This document shows positions 7,313-15,733 of a stretch of DNA of 21,622 nt, one piece after another. The stretch spans positions 1 through 21,622 of the forward strand of contig JBDRVN010000027.1 of assembly GCA_039801885.1 (NCBI GenBank), written 5' to 3'. Position 1 is the first letter of the stretch, and every line of letters begins with the position of its first letter. This DNA comes from a candidate division WOR-3 bacterium (GTDB lineage: Bacteria > Hydrothermota > Tepidihabitantia > Tepidihabitantales > DTDR01). The notes under the pieces are model-generated. The model was given only the letters and a program-made list of their open reading frames with translations, was not told where the DNA came from and ran no database searches. The translations under genes and the position numbers were made by a program.

Positions 7313-9520
7313 GTGCTTAAAAAGTCTTTATTTTTATCTTTCCTTATTTTCTCTTTTCTTTTTTCACAAATAATCTATCAGGTTCGAGCAAAAACTGAGT
7401 TTGTGGATACTTTAACTCTTCTTAATCTGTGCGGAATAAAGCCGGGAGAAATTCTCTCTTCAGAAAGGGTTGCCGAGGCAATTAAAAAAATTTACAAAAG
7501 CGGTCTTTTCAGCGATATAAAAGCCGAAACCACAATTACTGATAAAGGGATAATTTTAATTTTTACTACTAAAGATAATCCATTATTAAAAGATATCATT
7601 TTTTCGGGTAATCAAAAAGTTAAAACTAAAGAGTTAAAAGAAAAAATTAAATATAAAAAAGGAGAGGTGATTAGTGAATATAAGATATTTAATTATCAAA
7701 AAGAGATTCTTAATCTTTATAAAGAAAAAGGCTTTGTGGCACCAAAGGTTTTTTATACTAAATCAGAAAGAGATTCCCAAAATATGGTAACAATCACCTT
7801 TCATATTGAAGAAGGTAAGAAATATAAAATAAGAAAGATAAATCTGATCGGTGTTAAAAATTTAAAAGAAAATAAGATAAAAAGAAAATTAGTTAATCGG
7901 GAAAAGAGATGGTATCGGAAAGGGATTTTTAAAGAAGAGGAGTTTAAAAAGGATTTGACAAGGATAACCGATTATTACAAAGAGAATGGATTTTTACAAG
8001 CAAAGATAGTTGACTACGAATTAAAAAGCGAAGGTGATTGGTTAGAAATTAATATTCAATTAGAAGAAGGGAAGAGATTTTATTTAGGAGATATTAATTT
8101 TAGCGGTAATAATTCTATCGGCATAGAAAGTTTAAGGAAAGCAATAAAATTGAAAAAAGGTAATTATTATAATGTCAAAAAGATGAATTTAAGTTTGCAG
8201 GAATTGTATAATCTTTATCAAGAAGAGGGTTTTCTATATTGTCAGATTAATCCGATTGAAGAGATTAGAAATGATACCGTTGATGTGAATTATGAGATAA
8301 AAGAAGGAAATCCGGTTAAAATCAGATTGGTTAATATTGAAGGTAATGAACGGACAAAAGATAAGGTTATCAGAAGAGAGATAGTTACTTTACCAGGAGA
8401 TTTGTTTAAGAAATCTTTATTAATAAGAAGTCAAAGAAATATTTTTAATTTGGGATTTTTTGAGGATATCAGTGTTGATTTCACACCGGTAGATAGCGAA
8501 TATATTGATTTAAATTATAAAGTGAAAGAGAAAGTAACTTTTGGACAAGTAAGTGCCAGTGTCTCTTATTCTCAAAAAGAAAAGATTGTCGGTGGTTTTG
8601 AAATTTCTCAACCAAATCTTTTTGGCAAAGGTCAAAAGATATATTTAAAATTAGAAAAAGGTAGAACAGTTACTAATTTACAAATGGGTTTTGAAGAACC
8701 TTATCTTTTTAATATCCCTTTTTCTTTTGGTTTTAATTTATTATACTATTCCTATGCTTATGATTATTATGATAAACTTGACCGAAATCTTTCTTTTAAC
8801 TTCTCCTATCCAATAATTCTTGATTATACAAGAATCTACTGGGGAGTAAAATTGGGTAGTAGTTACATTCCGCCAAAAAGTATTAAGGATACCAAAGTGC
8901 CAAAAGAAGTGTATCGGGATACGATAAAAAAGATATATCTTTCACCAAATTTTTCTATTATCCGGGATGCTCGGGATTATATTTTTAATCCCAGTGCTGG
9001 TTCTTATTATTTATATTCTTTGGATATCTCAACTTTAAAGATTAACTTTTTAAGACAAATAATCGATGTTCGGGTTTATTTCCCATTATTTTGGAAATTT
9101 TCTTTGATGGCAAGAACAAGGATTGGTTATATTACTGAGTTGAAAAAGAACGATACAGTGCCGTTATATGAACGATTTTATTTGGGCGGCATTGGTGAAG
9201 AAGGTATTCGTGGTTATCCCGACCGTTCAATTTCGCCAGCAAAAGATGGTTATTTGGTTGGTGGCAAGGCAATGACAATTTTTAATTTAGAATATAAACT
9301 AAAATTGGCTTATTATCTTTCTTTTATCGCCTTCTTTGATTGTGGAAACTGTTTTGAAGATTTAAATAAGATAAATTTTGGAACCTTTAAAAGGGGAGTT
9401 GGTGTTGGTGTCCGAGTAGAAGTGCCGATGTTAGGATTGATTGGTTTTGATTTAGGATACGGATTTGACCGAGAAGGAAATAAATTAGAACCCCATTTCC
9501 AATTTGGCAAAACCTTTTAA
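7313..9520 (+). CDS. bamA: Outer membrane protein assembly factor BamA
   Basis: GTG start and signal peptide; POTRA repeats (GN..TKDKVIRRE), PNLFGKGQ, ERFYLGG...IRGY, C-terminal Phe (FQFGKTF). Confidence 0.93.
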   Translation: MLKKSLFLSFLIFSFLFSQIIYQVRAKTEFVDTLTLLNLCGIKPGEILSSERVAEAIKKIYKSGLFSDIKAETTITDKGIILIFTTKDNPLLKDIIFSGNQKVKTKELKEKIKYKKGEVISEYKIFNYQKEILNLYKEKGFVAPKVFYTKSERDSQNMVTITFHIEEGKKYKIRKINLIGVKNLKENKIKRKLVNREKRWYRKGIFKEEEFKKDLTRITDYYKENGFLQAKIVDYELKSEGDWLEINIQLEEGKRFYLGDINFSGNNSIGIESLRKAIKLKKGNYYNVKKMNLSLQELYNLYQEEGFLYCQINPIEEIRNDTVDVNYEIKEGNPVKIRLVNIEGNERTKDKVIRREIVTLPGDLFKKSLLIRSQRNIFNLGFFEDISVDFTPVDSEYIDLNYKVKEKVTFGQVSASVSYSQKEKIVGGFEISQPNLFGKGQKIYLKLEKGRTVTNLQMGFEEPYLFNIPFSFGFNLLYYSYAYDYYDKLDRNLSFNFSYPIILDYTRIYWGVKLGSSYIPPKSIKDTKVPKEVYRDTIKKIYLSPNFSIIRDARDYIFNPSAGSYYLYSLDISTLKINFLRQIIDVRVYFPLFWKFSLMARTRIGYITELKKNDTVPLYERFYLGGIGEEGIRGYPDRSISPAKDGYLVGGKAMTIFNLEYKLKLAYYLSFIAFFDCGNCFEDLNKINFGTFKRGVGVGVRVEVPMLGLIGFDLGYGFDREGNKLEPHFQFGKTF

Positions 9521-9542
9521 AAGAAAAGTAAATAATAAAATT

Positions 9543-10073
9543 TTACCAAATAAAAGTAATCTTTTTTATTTCATAATAGTCACCGGTTTGAAATTTTAAA
9601 AAATAGATGCCGGGATTAACCTTTCGCTGAAAGTTATTTTCGCCTTGCCAGTTGATTGAGTAGATACCAGGTTTTTTATTTTCATTAATCAATATCTTTA
9701 TAATCCTTCCCATTCGGTCATAAATAAAAAGTTTTACATTACTTTGATTTTTAAGGGAGAAAAGAATTCTTGTTTTATGAAAGAAAGGATTAGGAAAGGG
9801 GTTATATAATTTTGTTTCTAACTGATAGGGATTTGGTAATTCTTCCTTTTCTTTAATATTTACCTGTGGTTCTCTTATCCAGAAACCAATAAAACCAAGA
9901 TAATTAGGGCTTGTTAGATAGCCGATAGCATTTTGCGAAAGAGAATTTTTTGCTTGATAATTGGTATTAGTTAAATTTTTTCCACCGCTGTTTATTGTAT
10001 ACCAATCACAATAATATTGAGAAAAAGCATAAGAAATAAAAAGAAGAAAAAGAAAGATTTTTAGTTTACTCAT
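9543..10073 (-). CDS. Small secreted protein with C-terminal FlgD-Ig / T9SS-like domain
   Basis: Signal peptide; short 'WYTINSGG...SLSQ...GFW' module; 'PFPNPF...IYDRMGR...PGIYSINWQG...VNPGIYF'. Overlaps the upstream gene by 8 nt. Confidence 0.8.
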   Translation of the reverse strand: MSKLKIFLFLLFISYAFSQYYCDWYTINSGGKNLTNTNYQAKNSLSQNAIGYLTSPNYLGFIGFWIREPQVNIKEKEELPNPYQLETKLYNPFPNPFFHKTRILFSLKNQSNVKLFIYDRMGRIIKILINENKKPGIYSINWQGENNFQRKVNPGIYFLKFQTGDYYEIKKITFIW

Positions 10074-12093
10074 TCTTCCTCCCTTTTTCCTTTAACAATT
10101 TTTCCCATTCTTCTTTTGCCTTTCGGGATGTTTCGTATTCTTTTAATATACCAAAGGCAATCCAATCAAAAGAGATATTAGTATTATCTCCCCAGTTAGG
10201 AATTTTCTTTAAGGTTATTTCAAAACCATTTGTTTTAATTCTGCTTATATAAAGTAAACCAGTAGGCTCTTCTTTCGGAGTAACAATAATTCTAACCGGA
10301 ATGTCGGTTCTAATATTTTGGGAAAAGATTTCTGGAAAAGAGATTTCGGCTTTGCCATTATTGAGTCTTCCACTACCAGCAGTAATTATCGATAAATCGG
10401 GACTGATAATACAAGGTGCTTCTTTGTCATCCAAAAGGCCACCAGTATACCAACCACCAGTCGCATAACCACGACCATAGGCTTGGATAGCAGTATCGGT
10501 TGCCACATTGCCATAGGCATGAGCATAAATTCCTTCGGCTCCGCTATTACCGGCAGAAAAATCACCACCCGCTTGGTCTCCGCTCGCTTGCATACCATAA
10601 TTACCAGCATTATAAACAGTTACACCATAAAGACCAGCCTGGCTAATATGTACACCATAATTCGTAGCATTGTTAATATAGATACCATAAAAAGAAGGAT
10701 TGGAAATATTCAGACCATAACTGGCTCGGTTTATTGTTATACCATTAGAGACGGTATCAATATAAATACCGTTATAGGCACTATCAATATAAATGCCATA
10801 AGAAGATGCCCGATCTACTGATAAACCAACACTTGTTCTTAGAATACCAACACCTAATGGTGCATAACGTATATCAATGCCGGTGCTGGCACTATCAATT
10901 TGCATACCTTTATAGGCACTGTCAATAAAGACGCCGCTTCCTGAACAACGATATACCCGCAAACCGTAATTTCTTGCTCGGGAAATATTTACAGCATAAT
11001 TAGCATTACTGACGATAACTCCATTCTCAGTAGTGCCGGTGTAAACACCATAAAGAGCGCTATCAACCGATAAACCATAGTTACCTGCTCGGTAAACCCT
11101 TAAGCCTGTTTGGGCGCGATTTATATTAAAACCATAAGTAGCAGCACTATCAATATTGATACCAGTATAAGTTGCTCGACCGATAGTAAGGCCGGTGCTC
11201 GCCGATTTCACCCAAACACCGGCACCAGCTGGTGTGGTATCAATTGCTAAACCAGCACCATTACCCGTGTTTTTGATATGGATTATTGCATTAGGATAAC
11301 TAACATTTCCACTAAGAGTGCAAGGTTTAAAAATATCAACTCCTCTTATTGAATTATCAGTAATCTTTTGGGAATTGACAACTTCGTTAGCAATTAATGG
11401 ATTGGGATAATTACCGGTTAAATCGCCACCGGCTGGACCGGTTGGCGGTAAGCCAGTAATAGCAACATTAGTGGCATTTGTTATCTGTCCTTTTTCATTA
11501 ACGGTGATTTGGGCAACATTTGTTGCATCACCATAAGTGCCAGCAGTAACACCGGTAGCAGCTAAATCATCGGCAACAATTGTGCCGTCTTGAATTTCAT
11601 CGGTATTTATTGGTGGACTAATTGGTCTTTGGATTTGGGCATTTAAGGCATAATTGGCGCTATCGGCTTTTCTTGATAGATAAGAGTAGGCATTACTAAC
11701 AATTCTTATTCTTGGTGTCATTGGTGAATGAGGGTTTACTTGCATTTCTAAATAACAATTGCCATCAATCGGAAGAGAAGAAATTGGCGCGACACTTCCT
11801 AAAAGGACATTAAAAAGCCCAGATTGGGTTTGAACATTTTGGGTTTCGTTCCAAAAGGCAGTGCCACCAGTAGGAGAAGTAAATAAGCGAAAAGTTATTG
11901 AATAAATAGAATCTAAAACTGGTTGACCATTAATATCAGTAAGTTTTCCTTGAAAATTAAGCATCAAGGGAATAGTAATTTGGTCGGTATTAGGAGAGAT
12001 AGGTTTTAAGGAATTTAAAGAACTGAGTGTCGGAGGATTAGCAAAAACAATAAAAAAGAGGATTAATAAAAAAATTAAAGAATTTTTAAACAT
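10066..12093 (-). CDS. Secreted fibre/adhesin-like protein with predicted right-handed beta-helix
   Basis: SD AAGGAGGT and signal peptide; 'LNFQGKLTD..GQP....YSITFRLF...TGGTAFWNETQ...GLFNVLLG' domain; tail-fibre-like 'GVTAGTYG...ITVNEKGQIT'; 'AGGDLTGNYPNP'; many 10-11-aa G-x-x-I-x-x-A repeats; charged C-terminal helix. Confidence 0.75.
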   Translation of the reverse strand: MFKNSLIFLLILFFIVFANPPTLSSLNSLKPISPNTDQITIPLMLNFQGKLTDINGQPVLDSIYSITFRLFTSPTGGTAFWNETQNVQTQSGLFNVLLGSVAPISSLPIDGNCYLEMQVNPHSPMTPRIRIVSNAYSYLSRKADSANYALNAQIQRPISPPINTDEIQDGTIVADDLAATGVTAGTYGDATNVAQITVNEKGQITNATNVAITGLPPTGPAGGDLTGNYPNPLIANEVVNSQKITDNSIRGVDIFKPCTLSGNVSYPNAIIHIKNTGNGAGLAIDTTPAGAGVWVKSASTGLTIGRATYTGINIDSAATYGFNINRAQTGLRVYRAGNYGLSVDSALYGVYTGTTENGVIVSNANYAVNISRARNYGLRVYRCSGSGVFIDSAYKGMQIDSASTGIDIRYAPLGVGILRTSVGLSVDRASSYGIYIDSAYNGIYIDTVSNGITINRASYGLNISNPSFYGIYINNATNYGVHISQAGLYGVTVYNAGNYGMQASGDQAGGDFSAGNSGAEGIYAHAYGNVATDTAIQAYGRGYATGGWYTGGLLDDKEAPCIISPDLSIITAGSGRLNNGKAEISFPEIFSQNIRTDIPVRIIVTPKEEPTGLLYISRIKTNGFEITLKKIPNWGDNTNISFDWIAFGILKEYETSRKAKEEWEKLLKEKGRKNE

Positions 12094-12168
12094 TTTTTAC
12101 CTCCTTGATACCTTGCGCACCAAAAGGTATCTTTTCCTCGTCTCAGGCTCAGTGCTGCCTATAAAACT
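12094..12168 (-). promoter_or_regulatory. Structured 5' leader (two hairpins plus SD), candidate cis-regulatory RNA
   Basis: P1 AGGC/GCCU (12157-12160 with 12145-12148); perfect 8-bp P2 GAUACCUU/AAGGUAUC (12124-12131 with 12107-12114) abutting SD at 12099-12106. Confidence 0.55.
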
Positions 12169-12174
12169 TTTTAA

Positions 12175-12203
12175 AATTTAAACTAAAAATATTTTTATGT
12201 CAA
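12175..12203 (-). promoter_or_regulatory. sigma70-like promoter TTGACA-N17-TAAATT
   Basis: TTGACA at 12203-12198, 17-bp spacer, TAAATT at 12180-12175. Predicts a leader of about 75 nt. Confidence 0.7.
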
Positions 12204-12372
12204 TAAAAAAGATATTGAATTAGATAAAAAATTATTATAAATTATAAAAAACAAATGAGATTTTATGTAGATTTCTATTAAAAATTACTTCTAAGGCAGT
12301 CTCTAAGGCGATATAATAAATAGCCCCTATCTGAAGCCTGAAAAAGAAAGATAATTTTTGTCAATATAAAAT

Positions 12373-12996
12373 TTAAGTTAATTTAATCCGCCATTTTGTA
12401 CGGATTATTGGCAGGCAGTTGTTATAATATTTTCTTAAAAATTCTATTGTTTTTTTATCACTGGGATAGCCGGAGCCAAAATCACCATATTGTTTTCTTA
12501 AATTTTTTATAATCCTATCTCTTTCTACTTTAGCAATTATTGAAGCAGCACTTACTACTTCATATTTTTTATCTGCCTTATTTTCGCCAATAATTTTTGG
12601 TGTGATATTCTTCTTATTTAATAAATTTTTTAATTCTTCACAATACTTTTTAATTCCCCTTTGATTTACGGGACAATCAAAATAGATAATATCGGGATTT
12701 AATTTCTCAATAATTTTTGCCATATTTTTCAGTTCCAAAAGATTTAAGTTATATTTATCAATAATTTTTGGTGATATTTTCTTTATAACTATTCTTTTGG
12801 CAATATCTTTTATTTTCTTTGCTAATTTTTCTCTTTTATCGGGTTTAAGTTGTTTAGAATCCTTTACACCAATCTCTTTTAATTTTATTATATCTTTTTC
12901 TTCCATTAATATTCCACAAATTATCATTGGACCAATAACACATCCTCTACCGGCTTCGTCAATTCCTAAGATATAATTTTCTTTATTCAACTTCAA
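12373..12996 (-). CDS. rnhB: Ribonuclease HII (archaeal-type motifs)
   Basis: GIDEAGRG.VIGPM, GVKDSK.L, KAD...VSAASIIAKV.RD, YGDFGSGYPSD. Confidence 0.93.
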   Translation of the reverse strand: MKLNKENYILGIDEAGRGCVIGPMIICGILMEEKDIIKLKEIGVKDSKQLKPDKREKLAKKIKDIAKRIVIKKISPKIIDKYNLNLLELKNMAKIIEKLNPDIIYFDCPVNQRGIKKYCEELKNLLNKKNITPKIIGENKADKKYEVVSAASIIAKVERDRIIKNLRKQYGDFGSGYPSDKKTIEFLRKYYNNCLPIIRTKWRIKLT

Positions 12997-13936
12997 AAGT
13001 TCTGAGAATTACATCTAATTGGAGTAAGTTATTTAACTTCTTTTCACCAGGATAAAACAAGGTGCCATCAATCAAATAGAATTTATCCTGATAGTTAAAG
13101 GCATAAGAGATAAAAGGACCGCCAATTATATCTTTATCATTCTGCCAGACACCAATAAGTTTTAGAGCAATTTGGTTTAAAAAATAGGTGCTTTCAGCAT
13201 AAGTATATTCCCTTAAAATATAATCGCCATTATAAAATTTTATCGTTAAACTATCTCTTAAATTGGCAATCTTTTCGGGCAATAATTCCCTTCTTGTGTT
13301 ATCAAAATAGATAAATATTGACCTATCAGGATAATGGGTAAAGAGATAGATAAAATTATCTTTTTTATATTCTTCTTTTAAAATATATCTCTTGGGAACT
13401 TTAAAAGTAAAATGGTAATTTTCTTTTAAATAATTTATTTTTTCTTTATCAATACCAATAGAATAAGTATAAAGATGGATAAGGTCATAAATATGTTCTA
13501 AAAGAGAATAAAAAATTCTTTTCTCGTATCTTTTTAAGCCTTCTTTTAATAGATTTTTCTCACTACTGACAAAAATAAATATCTGTTGATTTTTGGTATA
13601 TAAGTCTTTTAAACGAAAGAAGCCAAAGGTATCTCTTTTGATAATCTCAATTTTATCACCAACCAAATCCGAAATAAATTCGTCAGATATTGTGCCAACT
13701 AAAAAGAGGGTAGTAAAATCTTTTAATAAGGGAAAACTTGCCAAGTTTTTATATCTAATGGTAAAATAGGGTTCGGGTTGGGGAGTATAAACTTTCTTTT
13801 CTAATATTTGCGAGATTAGATTTTCTATTTCATTTTGATATTCAGTAAAAATAATAACTTCTCTTAATTTACCAATGGTTGGCGGTAGAGGAGAGCAAGA
13901 GAATAAGAAAAGAATAAAAACCAATAATTTTCTCAT
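12983..13936 (-). CDS. DUF4837-family lipoprotein
   Basis: Lipobox LFLFS-C; motifs 'PQPEP', 'G.W......GGPFISY', 'YPG.KK...L.QL'. Confidence 0.7.
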   Translation of the reverse strand: MRKLLVFILFLFSCSPLPPTIGKLREVIIFTEYQNEIENLISQILEKKVYTPQPEPYFTIRYKNLASFPLLKDFTTLFLVGTISDEFISDLVGDKIEIIKRDTFGFFRLKDLYTKNQQIFIFVSSEKNLLKEGLKRYEKRIFYSLLEHIYDLIHLYTYSIGIDKEKINYLKENYHFTFKVPKRYILKEEYKKDNFIYLFTHYPDRSIFIYFDNTRRELLPEKIANLRDSLTIKFYNGDYILREYTYAESTYFLNQIALKLIGVWQNDKDIIGGPFISYAFNYQDKFYLIDGTLFYPGEKKLNNLLQLDVILRTFEVE

Positions 13937-13942
13937 ACTTTT

Positions 13943-13971
13943 ATTTTAAAGAGAAATTTTGAATATATCAA
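13943..13971 (-). promoter_or_regulatory. sigma70-like promoter, leaderless arrangement
   Basis: TTGATA 13971-13966, 17-bp spacer, TAAAAT 13948-13943, 6 nt to ATG 13936, no SD. Confidence 0.65.
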
Positions 13972-14026
13972 ATATTAAAAATTTCTGATAATAAGGGCTT
14001 TCTATTTATAAAAGAGAAATTGATCA

Positions 14027-14869
14027 TTAAAAGTTTATAGAAAAAGAACTCCTTTTCTTAAACCATTTTAGAAAATTTTGTAATTTATTTTTATCAAAAA
14101 TATCTTTTATATGTATTACATGAAGATATCCATAACGGGAAAAATAAATTCCTAGTTTATTTATTTTATATTTAGATGGCATCTTATAAATACCGCCTAG
14201 TTTATATAAGACATAATATCCTATTAGTTGATTAAAATGTTTTCTTTTTAATTTGAATTCTTTTGTTGTTTTTATTTCAATTATCATATCGTCAATCACT
14301 AAATCTGCATCAGCTTTCCCAATTAATAATGGTATATTTTTAAATAACGGATTTAATATACATAAATATTTTGCCCTAAATATTCTTGGATTTACAATAG
14401 AAATTAATTTTTTTAAATCTTTAATATCTTTGGAATCGATGATTCCAATTTTATTTCTTATATTTTCTAAATAAGAAGGACCCGCTCTATATATAAGCTC
14501 TAATTGAGCAAGTAACAAAGCAGATTTTATTAGGTTATTATTTATTTTTCCATTTTGGAGAAAAATTGAATAATTTTTTCTGGCATCCGATATTATTTTG
14601 CTTGCTTTTTCATATAAATTTTTATCATCTTTTATTAATTCAAGAGTTATTTCAGCTGCCAACTTTTCAGTAATCATAATCACGTTTGGATTTAAATATT
14701 TTATATAAAAACGTAAAAGATAATCAAAAGCTGTTCCAACCAAGCTATAATTTTTCGTTAATGGTGGAGCTAATAATTTTTTTCTAATATTAAATTTAGG
14801 TATCAGAAATTCTTGTTTAAATTTCTTTTTCACATCTTGATTCTCTTCTAAAAATGATTTAAGACTCAT
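14027..14869 (-). CDS. Hypothetical protein, PD-(D/E)xK nuclease superfamily
   Basis: 'VGTAFDYLLR' and 'ADADLVIDDMIIEIKT....QLIGY' fit RecB-like motifs (G...; D...ExK; QxxxY). Confidence 0.7.
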   Translation of the reverse strand: MSLKSFLEENQDVKKKFKQEFLIPKFNIRKKLLAPPLTKNYSLVGTAFDYLLRFYIKYLNPNVIMITEKLAAEITLELIKDDKNLYEKASKIISDARKNYSIFLQNGKINNNLIKSALLLAQLELIYRAGPSYLENIRNKIGIIDSKDIKDLKKLISIVNPRIFRAKYLCILNPLFKNIPLLIGKADADLVIDDMIIEIKTTKEFKLKRKHFNQLIGYYVLYKLGGIYKMPSKYKINKLGIYFSRYGYLHVIHIKDIFDKNKLQNFLKWFKKRSSFSINF

Positions 14870-14892
14870 TATATAATTTATATATTTTAATT

Positions 14893-15117
14893 TTATGTGA
14901 TTATTTCAATTATTTTATCTTTACTTTTTTCGCCTTTAATAATCTTTATTTGTCCTTTTCTCACATTAAAATATTCGGCTAAAATTTCAATCAAGACTTT
15001 ATTTGCTTTTCCTTCGATTGGTGGAGCAGTTAAATAAACTTTTAATCTATTTTCTTCTTTTACTACCTCATTCTTTTTGGCGTTAGGAATAACTCGTATT
15101 TTTATTATGTTATTCAA
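14893..15117 (-). CDS. DUF167 (YggU/UPF0235) family protein
   Basis: 'V.PNAKKN...LKV.LTAPP.EGKAN..LI..LA.YF.V....I.I.KGE.SKDK'. Confidence 0.9.
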   Translation of the reverse strand: MNNIIKIRVIPNAKKNEVVKEENRLKVYLTAPPIEGKANKVLIEILAEYFNVRKGQIKIIKGEKSKDKIIEIIT

Positions 15118-15700
15118 TTGCTTTCACCAATAACTCGGCAAGAATTTTTGCGTTTTTAATTGGATTGAGGTCTTTGTCTTTTTTAACATCGCCTTTTCCA
15201 CCGACACCGAAATAGGGATAGGATTTCATCGTAACTGGTTTCATTTTAAGGCATAAAGCAAAATTGAAAAGATGTTCTAATACTGGACGCGGGTCGTCTC
15301 CGCCACAAACAGCGATAAGACCGCAAGGTTTATCATTTAAAGGGGAAGATTCTTTAAATCCTCTCATCTCATAAAAATAGGATAAGCAAGCAAGTCTTTC
15401 CATAAAGGCGGTTAATCTTGATGGTATTTTAAAATAGAGCGGTGAGCCGATAACAATAGCATCAGCCTTCTTCATCTTATCAAAAATATTTGATAGATCA
15501 TCTTTTATGACACATTTATAAGGCTTTTTTGAACATAAATTATAACAAGCACGACAGGGTTCGATATTCAATTCGGAAATATGGATTATTTCTGAAATAA
15601 TATTTGGATTAATTATTCTGGCTGATTTCATTACTGTTTCTACTAAAAGATTAGTATTTCCTTTCTTTCTCATTGAGCCAACTATTCCCAATATTTTCAT
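15110..15700 (-). CDS. Flavodoxin family / iron-sulfur flavoprotein (NADPH-dependent FMN reductase family)
   Basis: GSMRKKGNT FMN loop, Cys cluster CRACYNLC..KC, ADAIVIGSPLY; SD AAGGAGGT. Confidence 0.85.
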   Translation of the reverse strand: MKILGIVGSMRKKGNTNLLVETVMKSARIINPNIISEIIHISELNIEPCRACYNLCSKKPYKCVIKDDLSNIFDKMKKADAIVIGSPLYFKIPSRLTAFMERLACLSYFYEMRGFKESSPLNDKPCGLIAVCGGDDPRPVLEHLFNFALCLKMKPVTMKSYPYFGVGGKGDVKKDKDLNPIKNAKILAELLVKAIE

Positions 15701-15733
15701 TTTACCTCCTTGTTGCTAATTTAATTATTTCAC

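Noticed and set aside
9313-9510. 65-aa antisense ORF
   Set aside because: Shadow of the conserved bamA C-terminus.
10386-10821. ORFs 10386-10610 (-) and 10483-10821 (+)
   Set aside because: Alternative-frame and antisense shadows of the more GC-rich repeat-coding gene.
12094-12168. TPP, c-di-GMP-II or fluoride riboswitch assignment for the leader
   Set aside because: CUGAGA and GCAC/GUGC resemble parts of these classes, but the TPP CCUGAU/GUAGG arm, the c-di-GMP-II kink-turn topology and the fluoride GAUG core are missing.
12340-12364. TTGACA on the - strand at 12364-12359
   Set aside because: No credible -10 hexamer at 16-18 bp.
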